DNA from: an uncultured Clostridia bacterium
GTDB taxonomy: Bacteria > Bacillota > Clostridia > Christensenellales > CAG-917
Length of the DNA stretch: 64,000 nt
Direction: 5' to 3'
NCBI GenBank assembly: GCA_947625225.1
Contig: CANQNQ010000004.1
Coordinates: forward strand, 443 to 64,442
This document shows positions 24,508 through 32,525 of the stretch, piece by piece (positions within the stretch are counted from its first letter, which is position 1; every line of letters begins with the position of its first letter). A model generated the notes under the pieces. It worked only from the letters and a program-made list of their open reading frames with translations. It was not told the origin of the DNA and did not search any database. Made by a program: the position numbers and the translations under genes.

Positions 24508-25677
24508 ATGGACTATCAGAAGCTCTCGCTTGAAAAGCACTTCGAATGGAAGGGCAAGCTGGAAATGCATTCGCGCGTCAAGGTGACCGACCGCGAGTCG
24601 CTGTCGCTGGCGTACACGCCGGGCGTCGCCGCTCCCTGCCTTGCCATAAAAGACGACCCGACGCTCAGCTACGAGCTGACGCGCCGTAACAACACGGTCG
24701 CCGTCGTCACGGACGGCTCCGCAGTGCTGGGGCTTGGCAACATAGGCGCCGCGGCAGGTATGCCCGTGATGGAGGGCAAGTGCGTGTTGTTCAAGGAGTT
24801 TGCCGACATAGACGCCATCCCCATACTTATTGGCACGCAAGACGTGGACGAAATTGTCGCCACCGTAAAGAACATCGCGGACAGCTTCGGAGGCATCAAT
24901 CTGGAGGATATTTCCGCTCCGCGCTGTTTCGAGGTGGAACGCAGACTCAAACAGCTGGTGGACGTCCCCGTATTTCACGACGACCAACACGGCACAGCCA
25001 TCGTGCTTGCCGCGGCGCTGCAAAACGCGCTAAAACTTGTAAAAAAAGACATCTCAGGTGCGCATTTGGTGATAAACGGCGCGGGAAGCGCGGGCATCGC
25101 CATAGCGGAATTTTTGCTGTCGTTGGGGGCGGGCGACCTAATCGTGTGCGACCGCCTTGGCATAATCGACGACGGCGGGCGCTTCAACGCGGCGCAAAAC
25201 GCGCTTGCAAAAAAGACCAATCCCCGCGGCGTTAAGGGAGGACTGAAAGAGGCGATCGCCGGCGCGGACGCGTTTATTGGGGTAAGCGTCAAGGGCGCCC
25301 TCAGCGAGGAGATGGTGCGCACGATGAACAGCGACGCCATAGTGTTTGCAATGGCAAATCCCTCCCCCGAAATAGAGCCGGAACTCGCCCTCAAGGCGGG
25401 CGCAAGGATAGTGGCGACAGGGCGCAGCGACCTGCCAAATCAAATAAACAACGTGCTGGCTTTCCCCGGAATATTCAGGGGCGCTCTGGACGTGCGCGCA
25501 AAGGACATCAACGAGGAAATGAAGATCGCCGCTTCCCGCGCGCTGGCGGGACTTATTGGCGAGGATGAACTTAGCGATACCAACATAATCCCAAAACCCT
25601 TTGACAAACGAGTCGTTGCGGCGGTATCCGTCGCCGTTGCCGAAGCTGCGCGAAGAAGCGGGGTGGCAAGGATATAA
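24508..25677 (+). CDS. NAD(P)-dependent malic enzyme
   Basis: LAYTPGVA, VVTDGSAVLGLGNIG, FGGINLEDI, FHDDQHGTAIV and INGAGSAGIA. Confidence 0.93.
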   Translation: MDYQKLSLEKHFEWKGKLEMHSRVKVTDRESLSLAYTPGVAAPCLAIKDDPTLSYELTRRNNTVAVVTDGSAVLGLGNIGAAAGMPVMEGKCVLFKEFADIDAIPILIGTQDVDEIVATVKNIADSFGGINLEDISAPRCFEVERRLKQLVDVPVFHDDQHGTAIVLAAALQNALKLVKKDISGAHLVINGAGSAGIAIAEFLLSLGAGDLIVCDRLGIIDDGGRFNAAQNALAKKTNPRGVKGGLKEAIAGADAFIGVSVKGALSEEMVRTMNSDAIVFAMANPSPEIEPELALKAGARIVATGRSDLPNQINNVLAFPGIFRGALDVRAKDINEEMKIAASRALAGLIGEDELSDTNIIPKPFDKRVVAAVSVAVAEAARRSGVARI

Positions 25678-25744
25678 ATCACAAATTTGTCAAAAGGCGG
25701 CGCATGCCGCCTTTTATTTTTGCGCATATGTATGCTATTTCAAA

Positions 25745-25776
25745 AGAAATTTGCAATACAGGTGCAACTTTTGCCC
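25745..25776 (+). repeat. CAATACAGGT-core motif (exact core 25754-25763)
   Basis: AGAAATTTG CAATACAGGT GCAAC TTTTGCCC. The 22-nt run CAATACAGGTGCAACTTTTG is identical to the minus strand of the copy at 8013-8034. Confidence 0.8.
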
Positions 25777-25824
25777 GTTTTTGGCGCAAATCATATATCT
25801 CGCGTGCGCGGCATAACCTTTAAG

Positions 25825-26880
25825 GTGAAAAAGTCGTTGAGGACCGCCTTTTTATACATAGGTACGGCGATAGGCGCGGGCTTTTCGTCCGGCAAGGAAA
25901 TAGCGCTTTTCTTTGGCAAGGCGTCTCCGCTGAACGTCGCGCTTACATCTGTATTTATGGCGCTGTTGTGCGGGCTTTTTCTTGTTGCGGGCAAGCAGAA
26001 TATGATGCCCAAAAGCAGGCTGATGCGCTTTGGCATATTTTTGTCGGCATGCATATCTCTATGTTCCATGCTGGCGGGCGGAGAGTATGTGATGCGCACG
26101 CTCAGCGGCATACCTCTGTTGGGTCTTGTCATGGCAATACTCGGCGCAATCGTCGTCATTTTGGGTATAGAAAAGATGAAAGCGGCCAACTGCGTGCTTG
26201 TGCCTCTCATCGTGCTGTCCATTGCGCTGATATTTTTCAAGCTGCCGCACCTGCGCGGCGAGCTACCATTTGACATCGCGCGCCCCATGATATACAGCGG
26301 ACTGGACGTGTTGCTGGGCGGGGTGATAATCGCGGACGAGGGCAAAAAGCTCAACTATCGGCAGATATTTGGCACCTGTATGCTGATTTTCGCGTTTTTG
26401 TTTGGGATGTTGTTCATGTTGCAGACGGTCGTGCTGGCGGACGGATGCGTCTCGTCGATGCCCGTGCTGGCGGTTGCAAAGCGCTTCGGCTTGCAGGCGA
26501 TATGCGGAGTGCTGATAGCGGCGGCCATATTCACCACGCTAATATCCTCCCTCAAGATAGTGTCCGACAGTCTGCTGGCTTTTTTGAGGCACACAAAGAG
26601 GCTATCCTCCTTCGGCGACGTCAAAAACACGCCATTCGCGGTGTTCCTCTGCCTGCTGATCGCATATCCCGTCAGCTTTGTGGGCTTTGACAACATAGTC
26701 AATACGATGTACCCCTTCATCAGCGTATGCGGCATATTGATGACCGCGATCGTGCTGGTCAGGTTCTGCATAAAGGCGGTTTTGTTGATAAAGCGACGCA
26801 GATCTTATAGTTCCTCTCCCCCGCGCGCAAAAAAGAGGTATAAAAAAAGCAAGGCGACACGCCCTGCGATTTCCGTATAG
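25825..26880 (+). CDS. YkvI-family polytopic membrane protein
   Basis: IGTAIGAGFSSGKEIALFF near the N-terminus and about 10 TM helices. The start is uncertain: I chose the in-frame GTG at 25825 (VKKSLRTAF), and the upstream part of ORF 25687.. overlaps the repeat motif. Confidence 0.6.
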   Translation: MKKSLRTAFLYIGTAIGAGFSSGKEIALFFGKASPLNVALTSVFMALLCGLFLVAGKQNMMPKSRLMRFGIFLSACISLCSMLAGGEYVMRTLSGIPLLGLVMAILGAIVVILGIEKMKAANCVLVPLIVLSIALIFFKLPHLRGELPFDIARPMIYSGLDVLLGGVIIADEGKKLNYRQIFGTCMLIFAFLFGMLFMLQTVVLADGCVSSMPVLAVAKRFGLQAICGVLIAAAIFTTLISSLKIVSDSLLAFLRHTKRLSSFGDVKNTPFAVFLCLLIAYPVSFVGFDNIVNTMYPFISVCGILMTAIVLVRFCIKAVLLIKRRRSYSSSPPRAKKRYKKSKATRPAISV

Positions 26881-26885
26881 TTTGC

Positions 26886-27551
26886 TCACTCTCCGTCATG
26901 GCAGTCGCAATGCTCGTGCTGGCAATCGTCGTGATGACAGTCGCAATCGTCGCACTCGTCCTCGTCGTCCTCGTACGCGCCCAATTCGTCGTCGACGTCG
27001 CCCAGCTCGTCCTCTGAATCGTCCTCGAACTCTTCGCTTTCTCGGCGCGGTCTGAACAAGTCCTCAAACGGTGAGCGGCGGCTGTCCTCCTCAGGCTCGT
27101 CAAGCCCCTTGAGGTAGCGGTACAGCGGGTCGTCCGTGAAGTCCTGCTTGAGGTCGAAATCCCCGCCCAGCTCCTCGACGGCGTTGCGGATCTCCATATA
27201 CTCGTTGTAGTTCGGTTCGTACTCGTCGCAGAATGTTTTTAGCACCTGTATGCCGTTTTCGTCGCCGTAGCTGCCAATCAGGCGCGCAAACAACGCGACG
27301 TCCTCGCCCTTATAGAGGTAGCTGACCAGTCCCATAAAAATAGCTTTGTTGCCCTTGTAGCCCGCCAGCACTTCCATCAGCATCTTGCCCGTTTCGCCCT
27401 CAAGCGAATAGAGCTTGGCAAGCATATCGTCCACTATCTCCTCGCAGTCCTCAAGCAAAAACTCGTACGCTTCCAGCCGCTTGTTGTAGTCGACGTCCTC
27501 GTCCAGCATGACGTCAAGCATTTTAAGCATATTTTCCCTGTTTTTAATCAT
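26886..27551 (-). CDS. Acidic protein with C-terminal Cys/His-rich tail (function unknown)
   Basis: ORF trimmed to MIKNRENMLKML. Its ATG overlaps the stop of the upstream TPR gene (ATGATTAA). The C-terminus is DDEDECDDCDCHHDDCQHEHCDCHDGE. Confidence 0.7.
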   Translation of the reverse strand: MIKNRENMLKMLDVMLDEDVDYNKRLEAYEFLLEDCEEIVDDMLAKLYSLEGETGKMLMEVLAGYKGNKAIFMGLVSYLYKGEDVALFARLIGSYGDENGIQVLKTFCDEYEPNYNEYMEIRNAVEELGGDFDLKQDFTDDPLYRYLKGLDEPEEDSRRSPFEDLFRPRRESEEFEDDSEDELGDVDDELGAYEDDEDECDDCDCHHDDCQHEHCDCHDGE

Positions 27552-29286
27552 CGTCGTCCTCCCCGAAAAGGATATCCTTATACTTGAAATACGTGCGTTC
27601 ATTGAGCCTGTAGCGCTCTATTGCGGCGGCGTCGCTGTCGTCGTCGTAGTCCTTGTACACGTCCGCAAGCAGCACCGCCATCAGCGTGACGGGACTGCGC
27701 ATATGCGACACTTTTTCCAGCCTTTTGGCGCTTTTCGACTCCGCCTGATTGCGGATGTCGCGCTTGAAACTCATAAGTTTGTTGATGTCCGTGCCCAGCA
27801 GTCTCAGCGCGCGATAAGGCTCGTCGTCGGTATACAAGATGTCCACCACCGCAAACCTGTACGCCTGCTTGAGCGGTTTGGGCATCGAGGCATAGTACCT
27901 GTTGCCCATTGTCACGCTCTCCTTAAAACAGCCCTGCGCGACCACGTTGAGGTTGACGTCGCATCTGCCGTCGGCAAGATCCAGCAGCGCGATGACAAGC
28001 CTGCTGAACACGCCGAAGGAATGGTCGCCCACCGCCAGCTGTTCGAATATGACGCCGAGAAGTTCGTCGGCGATGTCCTCCCTGTTGAGGTCGTCAGCGT
28101 TTATGGTTTTATCAAACGGACCGTGCATAAACAAAATGATGTTGCACATCTTGCTTACCAGCAGGTCTATAAGCTTCTCGTCGCCCTCCAGAAACGCCCA
28201 ATTTATGACCCCGATCATATCTTTTGCCGCGATCGCCGCCGCCTCAACGGGCATAAGCAGCAACGCCTCGATGTGTTTGAAGTTGTCGATACGCGTCTGC
28301 ATGGGCGTGACCGCGGTGTACGGCACCGTCTTTACGCCCTGGCGATACATCTGCAAGATGGCGCTTGCGGGGGTAAACTCGCCGAAGATATTTTCCACCC
28401 TGCGCATGACGTTGAACGCCTCGTTGTAGTTGCCCAGGTTGTACAGCGCCTCGGACAGCCAGATCATCACGTCGGAGTTGTACTTGACGCGCTCGAGAAT
28501 GCGGCGGGTGTACTTGACTATCTCGCCGTGTCTTTCCGCGTTGATCATAAGCGGCAGCACAAGCATGATGTCGTCGGATGTTGTATAGTCCTTTGTCAGG
28601 ATGAGGTCGATAAGCGCGTCCGCCTCCTCGTCCTTGCCCTCCATCTTGTAGGCGGTGGCAAGCGCGCATTGTGTGGCGAGGTTGTCGCCGTCCCGCGCGA
28701 GCATAGCTTTGGCGTTGGCGATGACTCCGTCCACGTCGTCCTTCAGCATAAGGCACATCAGCGCGAGGTAGTCCGCAAGGTTGCGGTGCTTGCTGCGGCT
28801 GTCCACCTCGTCGAGGACGCTCATAGCCTCGTCAAGGCGCTGTTCGCGTATAAGCGCGTACGCCCTTTGGGTCAGCTTCTCGTAGTAGTCCTCCCCCTCG
28901 GGGTAGACTATGTGGAATTTGCGCTCCGGCTCGTCATGCTGTTCGGCGGTGAAATAGTCCGCAAAGTCCTCCACGTAAAACTCGGACACGTCGCTCTGTC
29001 CCATCGCCGCAAAGTTGAGCGCGAGCATAGTGCGCGCGTAGTCGTCCTGTTCGGGCGTGGGGTGCGCGCACAGCGCTTTGAAATAGTAGCGGTTGCTGAG
29101 CTCCACGACGTCTATTGCCGCATACGCCCCCGCCAACTTTATGTATATATCCGCGCGGGAGGGGTCCAGGCGGGCGGCTTTGAAAAGATAGGCGATATCC
29201 TTTTCAATATCGCCCTTTCCAAACGCCTCGTCGGCAAGATGAATGTAATCATCGCAATTAAGTTGAAATTTGATGACCTTGTCCAC
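27544..29286 (-). CDS. TPR-repeat protein (function unknown)
   Basis: 580 aa, GTG start directly after the TGA of the upstream gene. It has repeated A-x3-Y/F-x-K/A-A TPR-like helices (AFGKGDIEKDIAYLFKAARLDP, NYNEAFNVMRRV ...). Confidence 0.75.
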   Translation of the reverse strand: MDKVIKFQLNCDDYIHLADEAFGKGDIEKDIAYLFKAARLDPSRADIYIKLAGAYAAIDVVELSNRYYFKALCAHPTPEQDDYARTMLALNFAAMGQSDVSEFYVEDFADYFTAEQHDEPERKFHIVYPEGEDYYEKLTQRAYALIREQRLDEAMSVLDEVDSRSKHRNLADYLALMCLMLKDDVDGVIANAKAMLARDGDNLATQCALATAYKMEGKDEEADALIDLILTKDYTTSDDIMLVLPLMINAERHGEIVKYTRRILERVKYNSDVMIWLSEALYNLGNYNEAFNVMRRVENIFGEFTPASAILQMYRQGVKTVPYTAVTPMQTRIDNFKHIEALLLMPVEAAAIAAKDMIGVINWAFLEGDEKLIDLLVSKMCNIILFMHGPFDKTINADDLNREDIADELLGVIFEQLAVGDHSFGVFSRLVIALLDLADGRCDVNLNVVAQGCFKESVTMGNRYYASMPKPLKQAYRFAVVDILYTDDEPYRALRLLGTDINKLMSFKRDIRNQAESKSAKRLEKVSHMRSPVTLMAVLLADVYKDYDDDSDAAAIERYRLNERTYFKYKDILFGEDDDD

Positions 29287-30423
29287 TCAGTTTTTCTTCT
29301 TTTTCTTTTTGGGATTCTGATAGGGCTTGGGAGCCTGTTTTTTGGCGGGAGCGTTGCTCTGCTGCCTGTTTGCCTTGCTCTCCTTGCGCGCCTGTTGTCT
29401 GAGCTCCTGCTGCTTTTGTTTATCCGCGTCCAGCTTGCGCAAATGGCACTTTGTCATGCCGCGCGACGCCATAGCTATCCAGCAAAGCTCCATCAAGCTG
29501 CAGCCCGCGACAAGCATGGCAACGTATATGATGATGGAGAATATCATGTTTATCAAGCACAACAGCAGCGGCGCCGCGGACAGTATAGCCACCAAAGAGA
29601 CCATCACGGGATTGTTGACGATGATGACCAGCGCGTTTTTGAAGGTCTGCGCAAACGTCAGCTCATATGTGGTGTAAAGAGAAAGCATCACCATGGGGAT
29701 GAGCATCAGCGGCGCGCCGAATATAAAGCTGAACACCACCGCGCAGTACGCGCCCGCGCCCGCCGTACCCAGCGACTGCTGCTGCAACAGATACAACACG
29801 CTTGTCGCCATGGCAAGCCCGATGAGCACCTCCACCGCGGCGGTCAGCAAAAACTTCCACCAATACTTTGCAAAGCCCATCCAATATGTGCGCACAAAGC
29901 GGCTGTAATAGTCCTGAAAATAGCAGCGCTTTGCGCAGTAAAATGCGCCCGAAGCGCCCAGCCCGCCCAGAATGAGCGTCGCCGCGACCATTGCGAAAAC
30001 GGGTTCCTTCACGTCCCAATACAGGCGCGCCACGCTCACCGCGAGGCTGTCGCCGCCGCCGGGGAAGCCCGTGCCTATGTCGCCCATAAAGTTGAACGCG
30101 CCGCCCAGCACCATGTCCTCAAAATAGCCTGCGAACCACGCTATGATGATGACAAACGGAATTGTGAACAGCATAAAGAACAGCGAGCTTTTGATCATCA
30201 GCCCGAATTCGCCCTTGAACACCTTGAACGCCCTGCCGAAAAACGTGTCGGGATAATCCTTTTGGGGACGAGCCTGCGCCAGACCCGCCACCAGCACCTT
30301 TTGCGGTTCCTCGGGTTCCACGCGCACGGGCGCGTCCGTAAAGAGGCCTGCCAACAGCAGTTTTTTCTGCTTGACGGCGGTCTGCTTAGGAGCGGAGTTG
30401 TTGTTTGATGCGTTGTTTGCCAT
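29287..30423 (-). CDS. Polytopic membrane protein with Lys/Gln-rich C-terminal tail (YesL/DUF624-like topology; family uncertain)
   Basis: 378 aa with about 6 TM helices. The C-terminus is KQKQQELRQQARKESKANRQQSNAPAKKQAPKPYQNPKKKKKKN. It is the first gene of a tightly coupled 3-gene unit. Confidence 0.7.
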   Translation of the reverse strand: MANNASNNNSAPKQTAVKQKKLLLAGLFTDAPVRVEPEEPQKVLVAGLAQARPQKDYPDTFFGRAFKVFKGEFGLMIKSSLFFMLFTIPFVIIIAWFAGYFEDMVLGGAFNFMGDIGTGFPGGGDSLAVSVARLYWDVKEPVFAMVAATLILGGLGASGAFYCAKRCYFQDYYSRFVRTYWMGFAKYWWKFLLTAAVEVLIGLAMATSVLYLLQQQSLGTAGAGAYCAVVFSFIFGAPLMLIPMVMLSLYTTYELTFAQTFKNALVIIVNNPVMVSLVAILSAAPLLLCLINMIFSIIIYVAMLVAGCSLMELCWIAMASRGMTKCHLRKLDADKQKQQELRQQARKESKANRQQSNAPAKKQAPKPYQNPKKKKKKN

Positions 30424-30578
30424 TGCGACTCCTTTTAAGCCGATATATGCTTATTATAAAGATTATACATTATAAATCCGCAAAGCGCAAACAAATCACA
30501 AAAATATTTGCCGCCGAATATAAATACCCTAGAAAACTGCTGTGCGGCGGGACGTCGCGCGGCATGGGAGGCGACAGC

Positions 30579-31598
30579 GTGAACAGATACAACATAGCCG
30601 TGGTGGGCGCAACGGGCATGGTGGGGCGCAAGTTTCTTACGGTGCTTGCCCAGCGCAAAGTGCCCATAGACAATCTATATCTTTTTGCCTCGGCGCGCAG
30701 CGCGGGCAGCAGTATGGACTTTGGCGGCAAGAGCTACGTCGTGAGGGAGTTGACGCCAGAAAACGTGCTTAAACTGTCAAATATGATAGATTATGCCCTG
30801 TTTTCGGCGGGAGCGGCGGTATCCAAGGTATATGCGCCGCTGTTTGTCGAGGCGGGCGCGACGGTGGTGGACAACAGCTCGCAGTGGCGCATGTCCGAAG
30901 GTGTGCCGCTGGTGGTGCCGGAGGTGAATCCTGAGGACGCGTTTTGCGGGAGCGGGATAATCGCCAACCCCAACTGCTCCACCATACAGGCGGTGGCGGC
31001 GCTTGCTCCGCTTGAAAGGGAATTTGGCATAGAGCGCGTGGTGTACAGCACCTATCAAGCGGTGTCCGGCGCGGGGATGGGCGGCTACAACGACCTCATC
31101 GACGGCGTGAAGGGGCTGCCTCCGCGCAAATTTCCGCATCCCATCGCATACAATATCTTGCCGCACATAGACGTGTTTATGGAGGACGGCTACACCAAGG
31201 AGGAGTGGAAGATGATCGTTGAAACTCGCAAGATACTTCACCGTCCCGACCTGCGCGTCACGGCGACCACGGCGCGCGTGCCCGTGTTTTACGGTCACTG
31301 CGAGTCCATCAACGTACAGCTTAAGTCGCCATGCACCGCACAGCGCGCGCGGCAACTGCTTATGGACGCAAAGGGCGTGGAGGTGATGGACGATCCCGCG
31401 TCCAACGTGTATCCCCTGCCCATCCTCGCCGAGGGGCGGGACGAGGTGTTTGTGGGGCGCATACGCGAGGATTTAAGCGCGCCCAACGCGCTTAACATGT
31501 GGGTGGTGGCGGACAACATCCGCAAGGGCGCGGCGACCAACGCCGTGCAGATAGTGGAGCTACTTATATCGCGCAAGGAGGCAAAAGGCGATGTTTAA
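30579..31598 (+). CDS. asd: Aspartate-semialdehyde dehydrogenase
   Basis: I chose the GTG start at 30579, 7 nt after GGGAGG: VNRYNIAVVGATGMVGRKF. It contains the active-site NPNCSTIQ. Confidence 0.9.
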   Translation: MNRYNIAVVGATGMVGRKFLTVLAQRKVPIDNLYLFASARSAGSSMDFGGKSYVVRELTPENVLKLSNMIDYALFSAGAAVSKVYAPLFVEAGATVVDNSSQWRMSEGVPLVVPEVNPEDAFCGSGIIANPNCSTIQAVAALAPLEREFGIERVVYSTYQAVSGAGMGGYNDLIDGVKGLPPRKFPHPIAYNILPHIDVFMEDGYTKEEWKMIVETRKILHRPDLRVTATTARVPVFYGHCESINVQLKSPCTAQRARQLLMDAKGVEVMDDPASNVYPLPILAEGRDEVFVGRIREDLSAPNALNMWVVADNIRKGAATNAVQIVELLISRKEAKGDV

Positions 31599-32457
31599 GG
31601 GTACAATAACTGCGCTTATGACCCCGTTTTGTGCAGATGGGGTGGATATTTCCGCGCTGGAGCGGCTTATAGACCGCCAGCTTGAGGCGGGCGTAAACGC
31701 GCTTGTCGTGTTGGGCACCACGGGCGAGCCCGCCACAATGACTGCCGCCGAAAAGCAGAGCGTGATACGCTGCGCCGTGGCGCGCTGCAAGGGAGAGATA
31801 CCCGTCATAGTGGGCGCGGGCAGCAACAGCACCGTGGGCGCTATAGACAACTGCGCGATGGCGAGGCGGCTGGGCGCGGACGGAGCGCTGATAGTCACGC
31901 CGTACTACAACAAATGCACTCAGCGCGGGCTTATTGAGCACTACGGCGCGATAGCGGCGACCACCGACCTGCCCATAATTTGCTACAACGTCCCCTCGCG
32001 CACGGGCGTGAATATGCTGCCATCCACCTGCGCGGAGCTGGCAAAACTGCCAAATGTCGTCGGTTTTAAGGAGGCGAGCGGCAATGTGGAGCAAATCGAG
32101 GAATGTATCCGCCTTGTGGGCGACAAGGTGTACAGCGGCGACGACGCGCTGACCGTCCCGCTGATGGCGATGGGCGCAAGCGGCGTGATAAGCGTCGTGA
32201 GCAACATCCTGCCCCGCTGCACCGTGCGCATGACGGACGCGGCGCTGCGCGGCGATATTGCCGAGGCACGCGCAAGGCAGCTGAAACTGTTGCCGCTTAT
32301 AAAGGCGCTGTTTTGCGAGGTGAATCCCATCCCCGTCAAAAAGGCGGCGGAGCATATGGGCTTATGTTCGGGCGCGGTGAGGCTGCCGCTTACCCCGCTG
32401 AGTCGCGAAAATGCCGAGAAACTGCGTGAAATTTTGGACGAATACGAGGACGCATAG
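31591..32457 (+). CDS. dapA: 4-hydroxy-tetrahydrodipicolinate synthase
   Basis: MFKGTITALMTPF, VLGTTGEPATM, YNVPSRTG and FKEASGN. It overlaps the asd stop by 8 nt. Confidence 0.95.
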   Translation: MFKGTITALMTPFCADGVDISALERLIDRQLEAGVNALVVLGTTGEPATMTAAEKQSVIRCAVARCKGEIPVIVGAGSNSTVGAIDNCAMARRLGADGALIVTPYYNKCTQRGLIEHYGAIAATTDLPIICYNVPSRTGVNMLPSTCAELAKLPNVVGFKEASGNVEQIEECIRLVGDKVYSGDDALTVPLMAMGASGVISVVSNILPRCTVRMTDAALRGDIAEARARQLKLLPLIKALFCEVNPIPVKKAAEHMGLCSGAVRLPLTPLSRENAEKLREILDEYEDA

Positions 32458-32461
32458 CGGC

Positions 32462-32487
32462 AAAAAACTCAATACAGGTAGCAAAAA
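32462..32487 (+). repeat. CAATACAGGT-core motif (exact core 32470-32479) abutting a terminator
   Basis: AAAAAACT CAATACAGGT AGCAAAAA. The 17-nt AAAAACTCAATACAGGT is also present at 3394 and, on the minus strand, at 17736-17720 and 8041-8025. Confidence 0.8.
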
Positions 32488-32509
32488 GCCCGCCTGACGG
32501 CGGGCTTTT
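32483..32509. terminator. Bidirectional intrinsic terminator (dapA / giant LRR gene)
   Basis: AAAAA GCCCGCC TGAC GGCGGGC TTTT. Confidence 0.85.
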
Positions 32510-32525
32510 GAGTTGTGATACGATA

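Noticed and set aside
27508-30408. 966-aa plus-strand ORF
   Set aside because: It is entirely antisense to three tightly coupled minus-strand genes that have RBSs and sensible domain and TM content. Its Arg/His/Val/Ala-rich composition is typical of antisense frames in GC-rich coding DNA.
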